Source: Mobula hypostoma
Lineage: Eukaryota
DNA length: 64,000 nt
Assembly: GCF_963921235.1 (NCBI RefSeq)
Contig: NC_086097.1
Coordinates: 167,526,001 to 167,590,000, forward strand
Reading direction: 5' to 3'
In this document: one piece after another, positions 50,600 through 63,429 of the stretch
Layout of the letters: the number at the start of each line of letters is the position of its first letter
Numbering within the stretch: position 1 is the first letter of the stretch
Position numbers and translations under genes: made by a program
The notes under the pieces: generated by a model
The model's input: only the letters and a program-made list of their open reading frames with translations
Database searches by the model: none
What the model was told of the DNA's origin: nothing

Positions 50600-51545
50600 C
50601 CCAGATTCTAATGCCCACCTACACACTAGGAGCAACTTACAATGGGCAATTAAACTACCAATCCACATGTCTGAGATGTGGAAGAAAACGATATTACCCA
50701 GAGGAAACCCACACAGTTAGCGGAAGAACTTGCAAGGTCCACACAGATATTTTTGTGACAGTGATCAAAGTCACCAGCGAGACACTGAAGTTGATGACAT
50801 AGAAGTCTTTATTCATCAGAACAAGCAGACATTCTTATGGAGACTCTCGTGGTGGAGTCTCACAAATCCAAAAGTACATCGCATCTTTATACCCTTAAGA
50901 TCAAGGGTAACAGTGGGTGATACAATGCAATTTCTGTAGTTACAATGACATCGTTTACTTCAATATTTTGGGTTGGCAATGCTTCCTTTGAATTTCAAAT
51001 CTACAATGGGAGACATCTCTGAATGTTCAAACACCCCTGCTGGAACAATCTGATTGATGCAGAATGCCTAAAAGCTTCTGAAGTCAGAAATCCCAGACAC
51101 CCAAAATTTATTTTGTCGGGGCTATCTCTGAGTACTCAAATATCCTAAGTAGACAAAAAACTACTGAATGCCTATACCTGTGACCGAGTTTGATATGCTA
51201 AGTGATATTGTCAATCTGGTCTGCCAGCCTGAACAATGGGCAAGTAACCTAGCCCATGTTGCCTGGTTTACTGCAGGCAAATTGACACAACACCATTGTC
51301 TTAACGTTTGACTGATGCATATCCAAACAATTCATGGTCACCATTCCACAATCTCTTAGTCTGAGGGGCATCAGTTCTTAATGTACAATCCACATTAAGA
51401 ACTGAAGGCTGGTTCGTGTTTGAATCAATATCCGGTAATATTTACCTAACACTGGAATACTCCCTAACATACAGCAGCTGGGGACAGGAATGATTCTGGG
51501 TTACTGGAGATGGTTTACACCAGATATGCCACTGTACCACCCATA
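50600..51545 (-). mobile_element. V-SINE interrupted by a ~720-bp LTR-like insertion (~50754-51469)
   Basis: Antisense V-domain (ccagaggaaacccacacag..) stops at ~50750 and the SINE head resumes at ~51470. The insert begins tgtgaca, ends ctaaca, and has minus-strand TATAAA and AATAAA; TSD unclear. Confidence 0.45.
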
Positions 51546-52419
51546 TTCTACTACTCAGTAAAAATATAATGAAAAATAGATATGAAACCTCGTCTGGAAC
51601 AGAGTAAAGTTAATATAGTTGTTTGACTACCTAATGTTCTTTAGAGTATTGATCAAGTAGAGAGATTGAACAGTTGAAGGTATTTCTATTTATTATTTAT
51701 GTATATGCATCTCACTATTACCTCTCTGGAAAATAGACTGAACGTATAAATTGATCTGTTTCTCTTGTTTTAATTGCAATTCTCTGCCCTTCCAGTTTTA
51801 TATGTACTCCACAGTTAATTATCTTTGCTTTCTGCCTTCCCAATCATTAATGCCGTGTACAATACATAATGGCAAGGTTAGAGCATTCCATCATCATTAT
51901 GGTTTACTGTTACTGCATGTCCCTGGTAAAGAAATGAGGGCAAACAGACTCAGATTATCTCCCTCTCACATGCCCATCATGTCCCCTCCGTGGGGCAATT
52001 TACCTACTCGTCGGCAGACTTTTGGGATGTGAGGGGAAGCTGGAAATCCAGGGCAGCCACACGGTCAGAAAGCAAATGTGCAAACTCCAGCTCTGGATCA
52101 AACCCAGGTCGCTGGTGCTAGGAGGCGCCAATATTTTACTTTTTATTTTTGGTTCAATTTGGAGCACGTTCTTCATCTTTTTATTGCAACGCTGTGTACT
52201 TCAAGTCAATAAAAATAGTCAAGAGATGCATCAATGTTTAGTCCCTACAAACCGCATCAAAATCAATACAAAATTAAAGAGTGATTCAAACTTTACCTTA
52301 ATTATCTCTTCAATAAAATGTTCATTTGCTTTCATGTAATCATGAGCACCTTTTGTTTGGCAGCACATTCCCACCTACGCATTCATTCTTGGCATTTTTC
52401 TTATCCTGTCATGCCACAG

Positions 52420-52760
52420 GCTTGCATTCCCCACAGCCTCACACCTCCAGTGATCTGGGTTCAATCCCGACTTCTGATGCTGTCAATGCGATTTGCACAT
52501 TCTCCATGTGACTGCATGGGTCCCCTCTGGGTAATCTGGTTTCCTCCGCTTATCCCAAAGACCTCCAGGTTAGAAGGTCAATGACTTGTAAATTTCCCCA
52601 AATGTGTAGGGTAGTAGTAGGCGTTCAGTGGAGTTGATGAGCATGTTGGGAAAATAAAATCAGGATTAATATAGGATTGGTGTAAATGAGTGGTTGATGG
52701 TTCAGCATGGACTGGTTGGGCTGAAGGGCTGGTTTCCATGCTGTATCTCTTTGACTCAAA
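52420..52760 (+). mobile_element. V-SINE (HE1-like)
   Basis: B-box ggttcaatccc; V-domain tttgcacattctccatgtgactgcatggg..ggtttcctcc; CR1-derived tail gggctgaagggctggtttccatgctgtatctct. Confidence 0.75.
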
Positions 52761-53494
52761 TAATATGGTAATGGTCAGCTTTTTGCAAGCCACATCAGCA
52801 TTCTCCAAACAAAATGACTCTGGGCCAATTGATATTTATTCCCAACATAGAGTTTGTTGTTGAAATAAAAGAACTCTATGTAGCTCTTGGTTGTTGATTT
52901 AAAATTTGGTTTTAATTAACCAAATCATAAAATCTGCACCCTAGTTATAATCTTAATCAAGAATTGACAGAATATCTGGCTCCTTGCAAACTTGAAAAAA
53001 AATGGCAAGAAATTTTAGAACTAGTTGCTTTTATGTTGTAACTGAGGGAAAAGTAGGACAGGTACCTTTTGCCCCAGGCATCTATTTACTTTACCATGTA
53101 GGTGCTGGGAATAGGAATTTTTTGAGGAAAGGAGCCATTAATTTAAGGACGGTAGTTGATACCTTTGATTCAGGATACTACCTAGTAGTTTGGTGATTTG
53201 CTTAAAATTATTAGAAAGTGCAACTGGAATCCCAAGTGAGGCAAGGACCACTCTACACCACGACAAACATTTGACAAGCAGCTTGAACATATGTTTGGTT
53301 CCAGGGCCAGTTTTGTTGACCTCTGATTCAATTCATCACCTGAAGACTCCTGTTGATTGACACCAAGTAGGAGAAACATCATCCCATGAAACATACTGTA
53401 TGATTGGTTAGGGGATTTACTGATTGACTGATTACCAATTTACTGATTAAAGCTGAACATTACCAGCATTCACCAAACTATGAAAAGGACGTAA

Positions 53495-54325
53495 CACAGA
53501 CAAAATGCTGGAGGAATTCAGCAGGTCAAGCAGCATCAGTGCAAACAAAACAACAGTTAACTTTCCAGGCTGAGACCTATATTCAGGACTGGAAAGGAAG
53601 TGGGAAGATGCAAGAATAAAAAAGGCAGGAGGAGGGGAAGGAGGACTAGCTGGAAGATGATAGGTGAAGCCAGGTGGGTGGGACAGGTAAAAGACTGGAG
53701 AGGAAGGAATCTGATAGGAGAGGGGAGTAGAACATGGGAAAGGGAAAGAAGGAGGGGCACCAGAGGGGAGCTGATAGTCAGGTGAGGAGAAGAGGTAAGC
53801 GGCCAGAGTGGGAAATAGAAGGATAGGGAAGGGGCGGGGGAGAAAATATAGAAATTACCGGAATGAGAAATCATTGTTTGCGCCATCAGATTGGAAGCTA
53901 CCTAGGTGGAATATGAAGTGCTGCTCCTCTACATTGAGATGGCCTCATCATTGCAAAAGAGGAGGTCGTGGACAGATATGTTGGAATAGGAATGTTACCA
54001 GAAATCCACAATGGCTTCGATGGGACCTTCTTTCCTTTCTCCCGTGGTCGAATTTCCTCTTCTATCAGATTCCTTCTTCTCCAGCCCTTTACCTTTCCCA
54101 CCCATCTGGCTTCACCTATCATCTTCTAGCTAGTCCTCCTTCCCCTCTCCCCACCTTCATATTCTGGTATACAGTATTCCCCTTTCCTTTCCAATCCCGA
54201 AGAAGGGTCTTGGCCTGAAATGAAAGGCTGTTTATTCATTTTCATAGATACTGCCTGACCTGCTGAGTTATTCCAGCACTTTTTTGTGTTACTGTGGATT
54301 TTCAGCATCTGCAGAATCTCTTGGG
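53495..54325. mobile_element. PLE 3' ends in inverted (fold-back) arrangement
   Basis: Antisense copy 53495-~54000 (terminal unit plus purine-rich body) followed by sense copy ~54020-54325; ORFs 53600+ and 53898- share MIGEARWVG.VK.WR.RNLI. Confidence 0.8.
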
Positions 54326-55144
54326 TTTATGAAAGGGATGTGTTCCTGGATAATCTTTTGCTGTGCAAATTTTATAAATCGAAAGGTTGAACCAGATGTT
54401 TTATTGATATTATGTTACAAATTATTGTTGTGGGCAGAAAACAGCAATCTCTTCGTAATAGTTGAAAGACTCTTAGTCCAGGCAGGGTATATTGGTAAAT
54501 CAGGGAATTCTGGTACTCAGCAGGAGATGTGGACATAAGCCACCAAGAGCAGGAGTGGGAAGTATGCACAATGGCTTCATGCTATCAAAGTACATATCCA
54601 ATTGTCAAGACTATTGATAGCATTTTATTGATTATTATAGCCGCTTGCTATTGCTAGACCTTTTATCAATGCTGTTAATAAAACAACTGATACCATTGTG
54701 TGTGTGTGTTAACTTCAGAAAGCAATTTAAGATGACAAGAATTACCAGAAAGTAATGGATAAATAACTGGTAAGAAAAAAACAGCCTTGTTGGGTGAGTG
54801 GACATAATAAATGGGTGGCTACTTTCCGGTAATCAATGATTTAGGTGAATCACAACACCATCACACTAGCGAGCTTCTTCTCTCAAAATGTCCTAAAGTC
54901 ATAGAACTCTACAGCACAGAAACTAGGCTGTCAGCCCATCTAGTCCATGCCAACCATTAATCTGCCTAGCCCTATCGACCTGCACCTGGACAATAGCCAT
55001 AACCCTCTTATCCATGTACTTCTCCAAACTTCTCTTAAATAGTGAAATCAAAACCACTGACAGCCCATCTACAATTTAACCACCGAGTGAAGAAGTTCCT
55101 GCTCATGTTTCCCTTAAACATTTCACTTTTCACCCTTAGCTGCA

Positions 55145-55684
55145 CAAATACACCCACACACCTGCTCGTTAATGCAAATATCTAATCAGCCAATCATGTG
55201 GCAGCAGCTCAATGCATAAAAGCCTGCAGACATGGTCAGAAGATTCAGTTGTTGTTCAGGCCAAGCATCAGAATTTGGAAGAAATATAATGTAAGTGGTT
55301 TTGACAGTAGACTGATTGTTGGTGCCAGACGAGTTGGTTTGAGTATCTCAGAAACTGCTGATCTGGGATTTACAAGGACAACAGACTCTATAGTTTACAG
55401 AGGATAGTGCAAAACACAGAAACCATCCAGTCAGCGGCAGTTCTATGGGCAAAAACACCTTGTTAATGATAGGGGTCAGAGGAGAGCAACCAGATTAGTT
55501 CAAACTGACAGGGAGGTGACAATAACCACACAATAGAACAGTGGTGTGCAGAAAAGCATCTTGGAATGCACAAAACCTTGAAGTAGATACGCTGCAGCAG
55601 CAGGAAACTACGAACATACAGAAGTATAGTCAGTGGCCACTTTATTAGTACAATAGGTACCTCATAAAGTGGCCACTGAGTGTA
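55145..55684 (+). mobile_element. Non-autonomous Tc1-like element with palindromic right end
   Basis: IVGARRVGLSISETADLGFTRTT..VYR; perfect 16-bp IR 55630-55645 / 55664-55679; ends gagtgTA. Confidence 0.85.
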
Positions 55685-55764
55685 TGCACCTGTGCATATA
55701 ACAATAAATTTGGTTTTGAAGTTACCCTCAGAGAAATTGAAACAGGAACTTATTTCCACACAAT

Positions 55765-55899
55765 AAACACAAGGAAATCTGCAGATGCTGGAAATCCACA
55801 GTGACACACACAAAGTGCTGGAGGTACTCAGCAGGTCAGGCAGCATCTATGGAAATGAACAAATAGTTGATGTTTCGGGCAGAGACCCTTCTTCAGGAC
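55765..55899 (-). mobile_element. PLE-derived short repeat
   Basis: Minus strand gtcCTGAAGAagggtctctgcccGAAAcatcaac..tttccatagatgctgcctgacctgctgag. Confidence 0.75.
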
Positions 55900-56344
55900 A
55901 TTTCTTCTCACGTGTCATTTTTCTGGCATCATTAACTCAAATGATGAGTTCTTCAGCAGTAATTTTGTTTATTTCCTTATTAATGGTTCAAATTGGTCAA
56001 AAACATGCAAAATAGACTCAAGGCTTTCATTCACAGCAAGCCGAGAAGAAGAATCTGCACTGTTATCAACCAAGTATGAACTGAGGAGTTTTTGTTGGTC
56101 CAGACAATGTCCACCCCTGATCTGATCTGATCTCATATCATGCAGTGAGTGTATTGGCACCATCTTGTTGGGAAACAGTGGAGTATGGTCAATGGGAGTG
56201 TAGGCAGCTGCCCTCAGGAATCACACAATCCATATTTTAATGCACCAAAATGAGGGAAATCACCCTCAGCATCACATAGTTTCATCATTTCATTACATAC
56301 AACACATTAGCAAAAGCTTCCCTGAGAACTAAAATATGTGCGCA

Positions 56345-57130
56345 TCAGGCATCTCTCTCTCCTTCTCTCCATCTCACTCTTGTCCCCCCTTTTCTCAATT
56401 TCCCTCTGTCTCTCTCTCTTGTATTCTCTTTCTTTCTCTCTCCTTCTCCCTCTCTCACTCTCCCCCCCCCCCACCCCCACACTCTCCATCTCCTTTTGTC
56501 ACTGGCTTCCTCCCTTTGCCCCATTATGTCTGTCCCTTTCTACTTCTCATCATTTTCATGATCTGTTTGGAGTCATCCAACTGGGTATTCGCCTACACTC
56601 AGCATCCAGTAAGTGTGCCATTTATGGGTGAAATCTAAATTCCAGACAACATTATTTCACTCCCAGCACTGCTGCCAAGATTATTTCTGTTCTTTGGCCC
56701 ACAGCACCATCTATTGACTTCACTGTGGTTTCGCACAACAACTCTGAAAGATAGCCACAAAGCATTCTCGCCCGCTGAGTGAATCCTTCCTGCTTCATAC
56801 CACACTCCAAAAGACTCCTGTTTGCTTTGGGTCATTTCATCACTTGCACCACACTTGCAAAACCAACCCTTAAAACTGAGGTATGTGCACAACACGCATT
56901 ACTTTCTCTCTCTGTCTGCCTCTCTCTCCCTGCCTTTCTCTCTATCTATCTCTCACTTTCTCTTCCCTCTCCGTCTCCCTTTCTCATTCTCTGACCAATT
57001 ATCTCTTTCCCTTTCTATTTTTTCTATACCTCTCCTCTCCATATTTATATCTATCTCTCTTCCTATTCCTCTCCCCTTATCTCTGATTCTACCCCACCTT
57101 CTTGATGTCGTTCATCCTCCCTATTTTTCT
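56345..57130. repeat. Two CT-rich polypyrimidine low-complexity tracts (~56345-56520, ~56900-57130)
   Basis: Degenerate (CT)n and C runs visible directly. Confidence 0.85.
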
Positions 57131-60100
57131 GTTACTAGCTCTCTATTTCCACCAGCGTCTCTCCTATTCATACTTAACTTTAAAACTCTTCTAACATGTC
57201 TCCCCTCAGACTCCACTGCTCCAGAGAAAACAACCCAAGTTTGTCAAACTTCAGCGCATAGCAACTGCCTTCTAACCATAAGACATGATTACATCATTTT
57301 GACTTCTGAACCTCATATCCTATTCAAAAAAATTACATGAAGATGCACCACAGGAGTCTTCCCAAAGGTTTAGCTAAAGAGAATGCAGTTTTGCATGTCA
57401 GAAATCCCTCTGACAATTTAGAAACAATTTCAGGGTCAGGATAGATGGTGAAGACGAAGAGGCACTGTTCCTTTCCTTGATCTCATTTTCTGTCATTACT
57501 CCAACAAACAAAAGTTCTGAGTCAAATTGCCAACTGCAGACTCTGAGTCATGTTTGAACCTGACTATGGCAGGTGGCAGAAAATGGTATTCACATTGGTA
57601 TTGTTTATTCTTGTCACATGTACCAAGATTCAGTAAAAAGCTTGTCTTGCATACTGTTTACATAGATCAAACCATTACACTGTGCATTGAGCTAGAATAA
57701 AGTAAGACAATAACAATGCAGAATGAAGTGTAAAAACTGCTGAAAAAGTGTAGTGCAGGTAAATGATAAAGTGCAAGATCACAATGAGGTCATTGTGAGG
57801 CCAGGAGCCCATCTTATCGTACAAGAGGTTCAGTCAAGACTCTGATCTCAGTGGGAACAAAGCTGTCCTTAAGCCTGGTGTTATGCGTTTTCAGGCTTTG
57901 GTATCTTTGCCTGATGGAAGACGGAAGAAGAGAAAATGTTCAGGATGTGTAAGGTCTTTGATTATTCTGGCTGCTTTACTGACGTAGCATGAAATATAGG
58001 CAGTCCATAGAGTTCATTTAGTCCATAGAGGGTGGTTTTTTAAATTACTCCAGGGAAAGACATTACCTTTTCACAGGTTCAAGAAAGGGATGAAAATCCT
58101 TCTCCAGTTCATCAATCCTGTTTTACAGATGGCAGAAAAGTCACATCCCCGCCATGTTGACTAACACTGGAACATAAGGAACAAGAGCAGGTAGAAGCCG
58201 TTCAGACTCTCCACCATGGGCTGAACCATTGCACAGATGCAAGGACAAAGAACTTTGGGGAGATTTGGCAAGTCTCTCTGAAAAGTACCAACATGGCTGC
58301 AAAACGTAATGGACTAAACTGGCTCCATCTCAGGGACAGCCTCTACAGGAGGTCCTGTCCATTGATTTATAGACCCATAAATGGCAGAGCTAACGATGCT
58401 GCATGTACTCCATTACCCGACCAGGGGACATCGACTATCCGGTTCCCTGCTTAGTTGCAGCCAGACCTGCTGAGTTCCTTCAGCATCTTGTTTGTTGCTC
58501 CACATTCCAGCATCTGCAGCTTCCTGTGTCTGTAGAATAAAGAATACTCTTCCAATAGGGAGTGCAGGAGCAAAAAGGCCATGGGGTATGTGTGCACATG
58601 TCATTGAAAGTGGGAGGGCATGTGATTAATAAGGTAGGCACAATTCTGACATTTATCAGTAGAGGTATAAATTATAAAAACGGGGAAGTTAGGTAAACCT
58701 TCACAAATACAGGTCAGTCTCAACCGACGTATTGTAATCAACTTAGGTCACCTATTATAGGAAGGGTGTAAAGCTATGACAGGAAATATAGAGAAGATTT
58801 ACGTGTATGATTCCTGGGATGTGAGATTACAGATGTAAGGAGAGATGGGAAGGGCTGGAAATGTTGTCTTTGGAGAAGGCTGAGGGAAGGTCAGATAGAA
58901 ATAAATAAAATGAAAAGGGGCAGAGCATATAGTGGGAGATTGCACCATTGGTGGGGAGGTTGAGGACAAGAGATCACAGGTACATAATAAAGAAGAAGAG
59001 AATTAACAGAAGTGTGAGAAAAAACCTATTCTATGCATCACGTGACTGGAATCCAGGAGGTTCTGGCTGCAGATGTTGCAGAGGCAAGTTTGATTGTGGC
59101 CTTCAGATAAATATACAGTGAGGAACATGGAACTGAACAGCAGTGGAATTAGGCCCTTTGCCCCACAATATTGTGCAGAACTCATTTAGAGGAACATTTG
59201 GGGCGAGGTCAGAGCTAGGCTTTTTACACTGTAATGGATGCCTGGAATGCACTACTTGGTAGAGACTGATGCAACTGAGGTATTGAAGAAACTCTTAGAA
59301 AGGCACATGGATGTAAGTAAAATGGAGTGTTATGGACATGTAGGAGGAAAGGGTTTGATTGATCATGGAGTAGGTTTATATGGGTTGGCTCAGAATCATG
59401 GGCTGAAGGGCTTTTACTTCTTGATTTGACTTCTTTATGTGCTTTACCTCTCTACATTCTATGTTCTGATGACTTGCAAAGCTATGAAGATGGGGCTGGT
59501 GTGTGGAACTAGTGAGTTATTCTGACAGAGAGTTGACGTGGACCTCTTGGGTCAAACAGTCTCCATATCCGCTGTAACCTTCCATAATTCATTAACATTA
59601 TCCAAAATAACACCTTCCCAAAGAACATTTATTTCTAACAGTGTATTGACTGTGGATCTTCTAAAGTCATACAATCATTCCCCTTTAAGAATGTAGCTTG
59701 GGAACACTGAACACCATACACAAACCATTTTCCAAATGCTTGTGCTTGTGAAGTCAGAGAACGATTAGTTGTAACAGGTTATCTCATAGAAGAAGAGAAA
59801 CATGGGTTCACAGAAAAAAAAACAGATCATTGAAAACCCTGTGGGCATAGATGATACAATTGCCCACGGATTCCACACGGTAAAGTGTTCACATCTGTTA
59901 CTACAGAGCTGACATGGACACAATAGGCTAAGTGACCGCTTTCTGTGCCTTAAGTTATTATGCTTCGACAATAATAAACAATTGCTTATTAAATCTCAAT
60001 GAAACTGTGCATGAAGCATGTAATTAGTTGAAAATGTTAATGGGCCAAATTATTGAGAGTTTAAGTTATAGTACTTGGGATCTAATGCTCCTAATTATAT

Positions 60101-60902
60101 ATTTGCAATTAAGATTAGTATTTGAGTATATTGTAAATTTGTGAGATTACGGGTAGATGAATATAAGTGAGGTGAAGTGTAAAAAAGTAAAAAATATATA
60201 TTAGCACCACATACACTTAAAAGATAAATTTTTAAAGTTTAAACAGCTAAAATTGCCCTCTGGAGCTGAAGTGCAGTGGGTGCGTCTCAGATTGCTGGAG
60301 AATGCGCTCTACAGTGTCACCGAGTGGCTGGAGGTGACAACTGCACACAGGCCCAACCATCAAACTGTCACATTCAAGGGAAAACTCAAATCACACTGCA
60401 AGATTGAGTTAAAATAGAAAATCTCCAAGAGATACTTATATGGGAATTTTCATTGGGAGATGTGACCGATTGGTCAAGTTCAGTAGTATGTTTTCTGTAG
60501 CGTGGAGAGGACAGTTTAGATTTTTGTTCCCTCAAAACCAGTTAATAGAGCTCAATCCTTGTGCTGCCTTGATAAATGATACCAGTCTATGACACTGGAT
60601 TCTTTAATGGTTGGGGTCTGTGTTAGTGTAGTCAAGGGTGAAGTAAGCTTCACAGACTGGTGGTCATTTCCTGCCCCTCTTTTTTACTGAATTAGAATCA
60701 GAATCAGGTTCATTATCACTGGCATGAAATTTGTTGTTTTCTGGTAGCAGTACGGTTTGAGGAGACTTGGTATATCACCAGAGACTCTCACAAATTTCTA
60801 CAAATGTAGCGTGGAGAACATTCTAACCAGTTACATAGTTGTCTCTATGGAGGGGGGTGGTCACTACAACAGGATCGGAAAAAGCTGCTGAAAGTTGTAA
60901 GC

Positions 60903-61196
60903 AACAGGAATTCTGCAGATGCTGGAAATTCAAGCAACACACATCAAAGCTGCTGGTGAACGCAGCAGGCCAGACAGCATCTCTAGGAAGAGGTGCACTC
61001 GACGTTTCAGGCCGAGACCCTTCGTCAGGACTAACTGAAGGAAGAGTGAGTAAGGGATTTGAAAGTTGGAGGGGGAGGGGGAGATCCAAAATGATAGGAG
61101 AAGACAGGAGGGGGAGGGATGAAGCCAAGAGCTGGGCAGGTGATAGGCAAAAGGAATACGAGAGGATCATGGGACAGGAGGTCCGGGAAGAAAGAC
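60903..61196 (-). mobile_element. Young PLE 3' end (294 bp) with hammerhead motif, inserted in a Rex1-like fragment
   Basis: 11-bp TSD AAGTTGTAAGC (60892-60902, 61197-61207); minus strand tagtcCTGACGAagggtctcggcctGAAAcgtc (61001-61033) is identical to 1967-1999. Confidence 0.85.
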
Positions 61197-61498
61197 AAGT
61201 TGTAAGCTCAGCCAGCTCGCTTGTGGCTGTTTGCCTCCCCAGCATCAAGGACGTTTTCAAAAGGCAATGGCTCAAAAAGGTGGCCCTCATCATTAATGAC
61301 CTCCATCACCCAGGACATGTCCTCTTCTTATTGCTACCATCAAGGAGGAGGTACAAGAGCCCACACTCAACATTTTAGGAACAGCTTCTTCTCTTCTACC
61401 ATCAGATTTCTGAATGGATAATGAACCCATGAACATTACCTCACTATGTTTTCCTTTTCTTGCACTGCTTATTTAATTTATTTATATATATATATATA

Positions 61499-62842
61499 TG
61501 ACTACAGACCACAGACCGGTGCATTGACCTCCCACATCATGAAGACCCTGGAGAGACTTGTTCTGGAGCTGCTCTGGCCTATGGTCAGGCCACACTTAGA
61601 TCTCCTCCAGTTCGCCTACCAGCCCTGACTAGGAGTTGAGGATGCCATCGTCTTCCTGCTGAACTGTGTCTACGCTCACCTGGACAAGCCAGCGAGCACT
61701 GTGAGGGTCATGTTTTTTGACTTCTCCAGTACGTTCAACACCATCCGCCCTGCTCTGCTGGGGGAGAAGCTGACAGCGGTGCAGGTGAACGCATTCTTGG
61801 TGTCATGGATTCTTGATTACCTGACTGGCAGATCACAGTACGTGTGCTTGCAACATTGTGTGTCTGACAGAGTGATCAGCAGCACTGGGGCTCCACAGGG
61901 GACTGTCTTGTCTCCCTTTCTCTTCACCATTTACACCTCGGACTTCAACTACTGCACAGAGTCTTGTCATCTTCAGAAGTTTTCGGATGACTCTGCTATA
62001 GTTGGATGCATCAGCAAGGGAGATGAGGCTGAGTACAGGGCTATGGTAGGAAACTTTGTCACATGGTGTGAGCAGAATTATCTGCAGCTTAATATGAAAA
62101 AGACTAAGGAGCTGGTGGTAGACCTGAGGAGAGCTAAGGTACCGGTGACCCCTGTTTCCATCCAGGGGGTCAGTGTGGACATGGTGGAGGATTACAAATA
62201 CCTGGGGATACGAATTGACAATAAACTGGACTGGTCAAAGAACACGGAGGCTGTCTACAAGAAAGGTCAGAGCCATCTCTATTTCCTGAGGAGACTGAAG
62301 TCTTTTAACATCTGCTGGACGATGCTGAGGACGTTCTACGAGCCTGTGGTGGCCAATGCTATCATGTTTGCTGTTGTATGCTGGGGCAGCAGGCTGAGGG
62401 TGGCAGACACCAACAGAATCAACAAACTCATTCGTAAGGCCAGTGATGTTGTGGGGATGGAACTGGACTCTCTGACGGTGGTGTCTGAAAAGAGGATGCT
62501 GTCCAAGTTGCATGCCATCATGGACAATATCTCCCATCCACTACATAATGTACTGGGTGGGCACAGGAGTACATTCAGCCAGAGACTCCTTCCACCGAGA
62601 TGCAACACAGAGCGTCATAGGAAGTCATTCCTGCCTGTGGCCATCAAACTTTACAACTCCTCCCTTGGAGGGTCAGACACCCTGAACCAATAGGCTGGTC
62701 CTGGACTTATTTCATAATTTACTGGCATAATTTACATATTACTATTTAACTATTTATGGTTCTATTACTATTTATTATTGATGGAGCAACTGTAATGAAA
62801 ACCAATTTCCCCCAGGATTAATAAAGTATGACTATGACTATA
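61499..62842 (+). mobile_element. Young 5'-truncated Rex1/Babar LINE; 330-aa uninterrupted RT frame
   Basis: FFDFSSTFNTI, GAPQGTVLSPFLF, KFSDD, YKYLG; AATAAA plus (tatgac)n tail; the 5' junction follows a (TA)n run. Confidence 0.92.
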
Positions 62843-63429
62843 TTCCTTATTGTAATTTATAGTGTTTATAATTATGTATTTCAATGTACTGCTGCTGCAA
62901 AACAACAAATTTCATGACATATGCCAGTGATATTAAACCTGATTCTGAATCTGTTTCTGAATATATTATGAATTGCAGTAAGTACATACAGCATAAAAAT
63001 GAGTAGTGCAAAAGCAGAGCAAAATAATGAGGTGGTGTTCGTGCAGAAATGTGATGGTGGAGGGGAAGAAGCTGTCTGTGAAGTGCTGGATGTTTGGTTT
63101 CAAGCTGCTGCATCTCCTCCCTGATGGTATTAATGAGAAGGTCCCGCATGGAGATGGTATGTCACAATGGAAGTGACCTTTTGAGGCATTGCCTTTTGAA
63201 GATGCCCCCGATGCTGTGGAGGCGAGTGGCCATGGTGGAGATGGCCGAGTTTACAAACTCTGCAGCTTCCTCCGATCCCTGTGTATTCGTGCCACCGTAC
63301 CGGACGATGATGTAAACGATTAGAATGCTCTCCAATGACATAACAATTCTCCTCAAATTCCTAATGGAATATAGCCACTGATGTGCCTTTTTTGCATTTG
63401 CATTACCACTCACCCCCACACATTAACAA

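Noticed and set aside
56307..57340. Leu/Ser- or Arg/Glu-rich ORFs up to 172 aa
   Set aside because: Translation of CT/GA low-complexity tracts.
60250..60335. Two CTCF-like motifs (ttgccctctggagc, gtgtcaccgagtggc)
   Set aside because: Each has several mismatches at core positions; cannot be supported without PWM scoring.
60839..61378. 179-aa ORF (and the 156-aa antisense ORF)
   Set aside because: Read-through across a Rex1-like fragment and the inserted PLE end.
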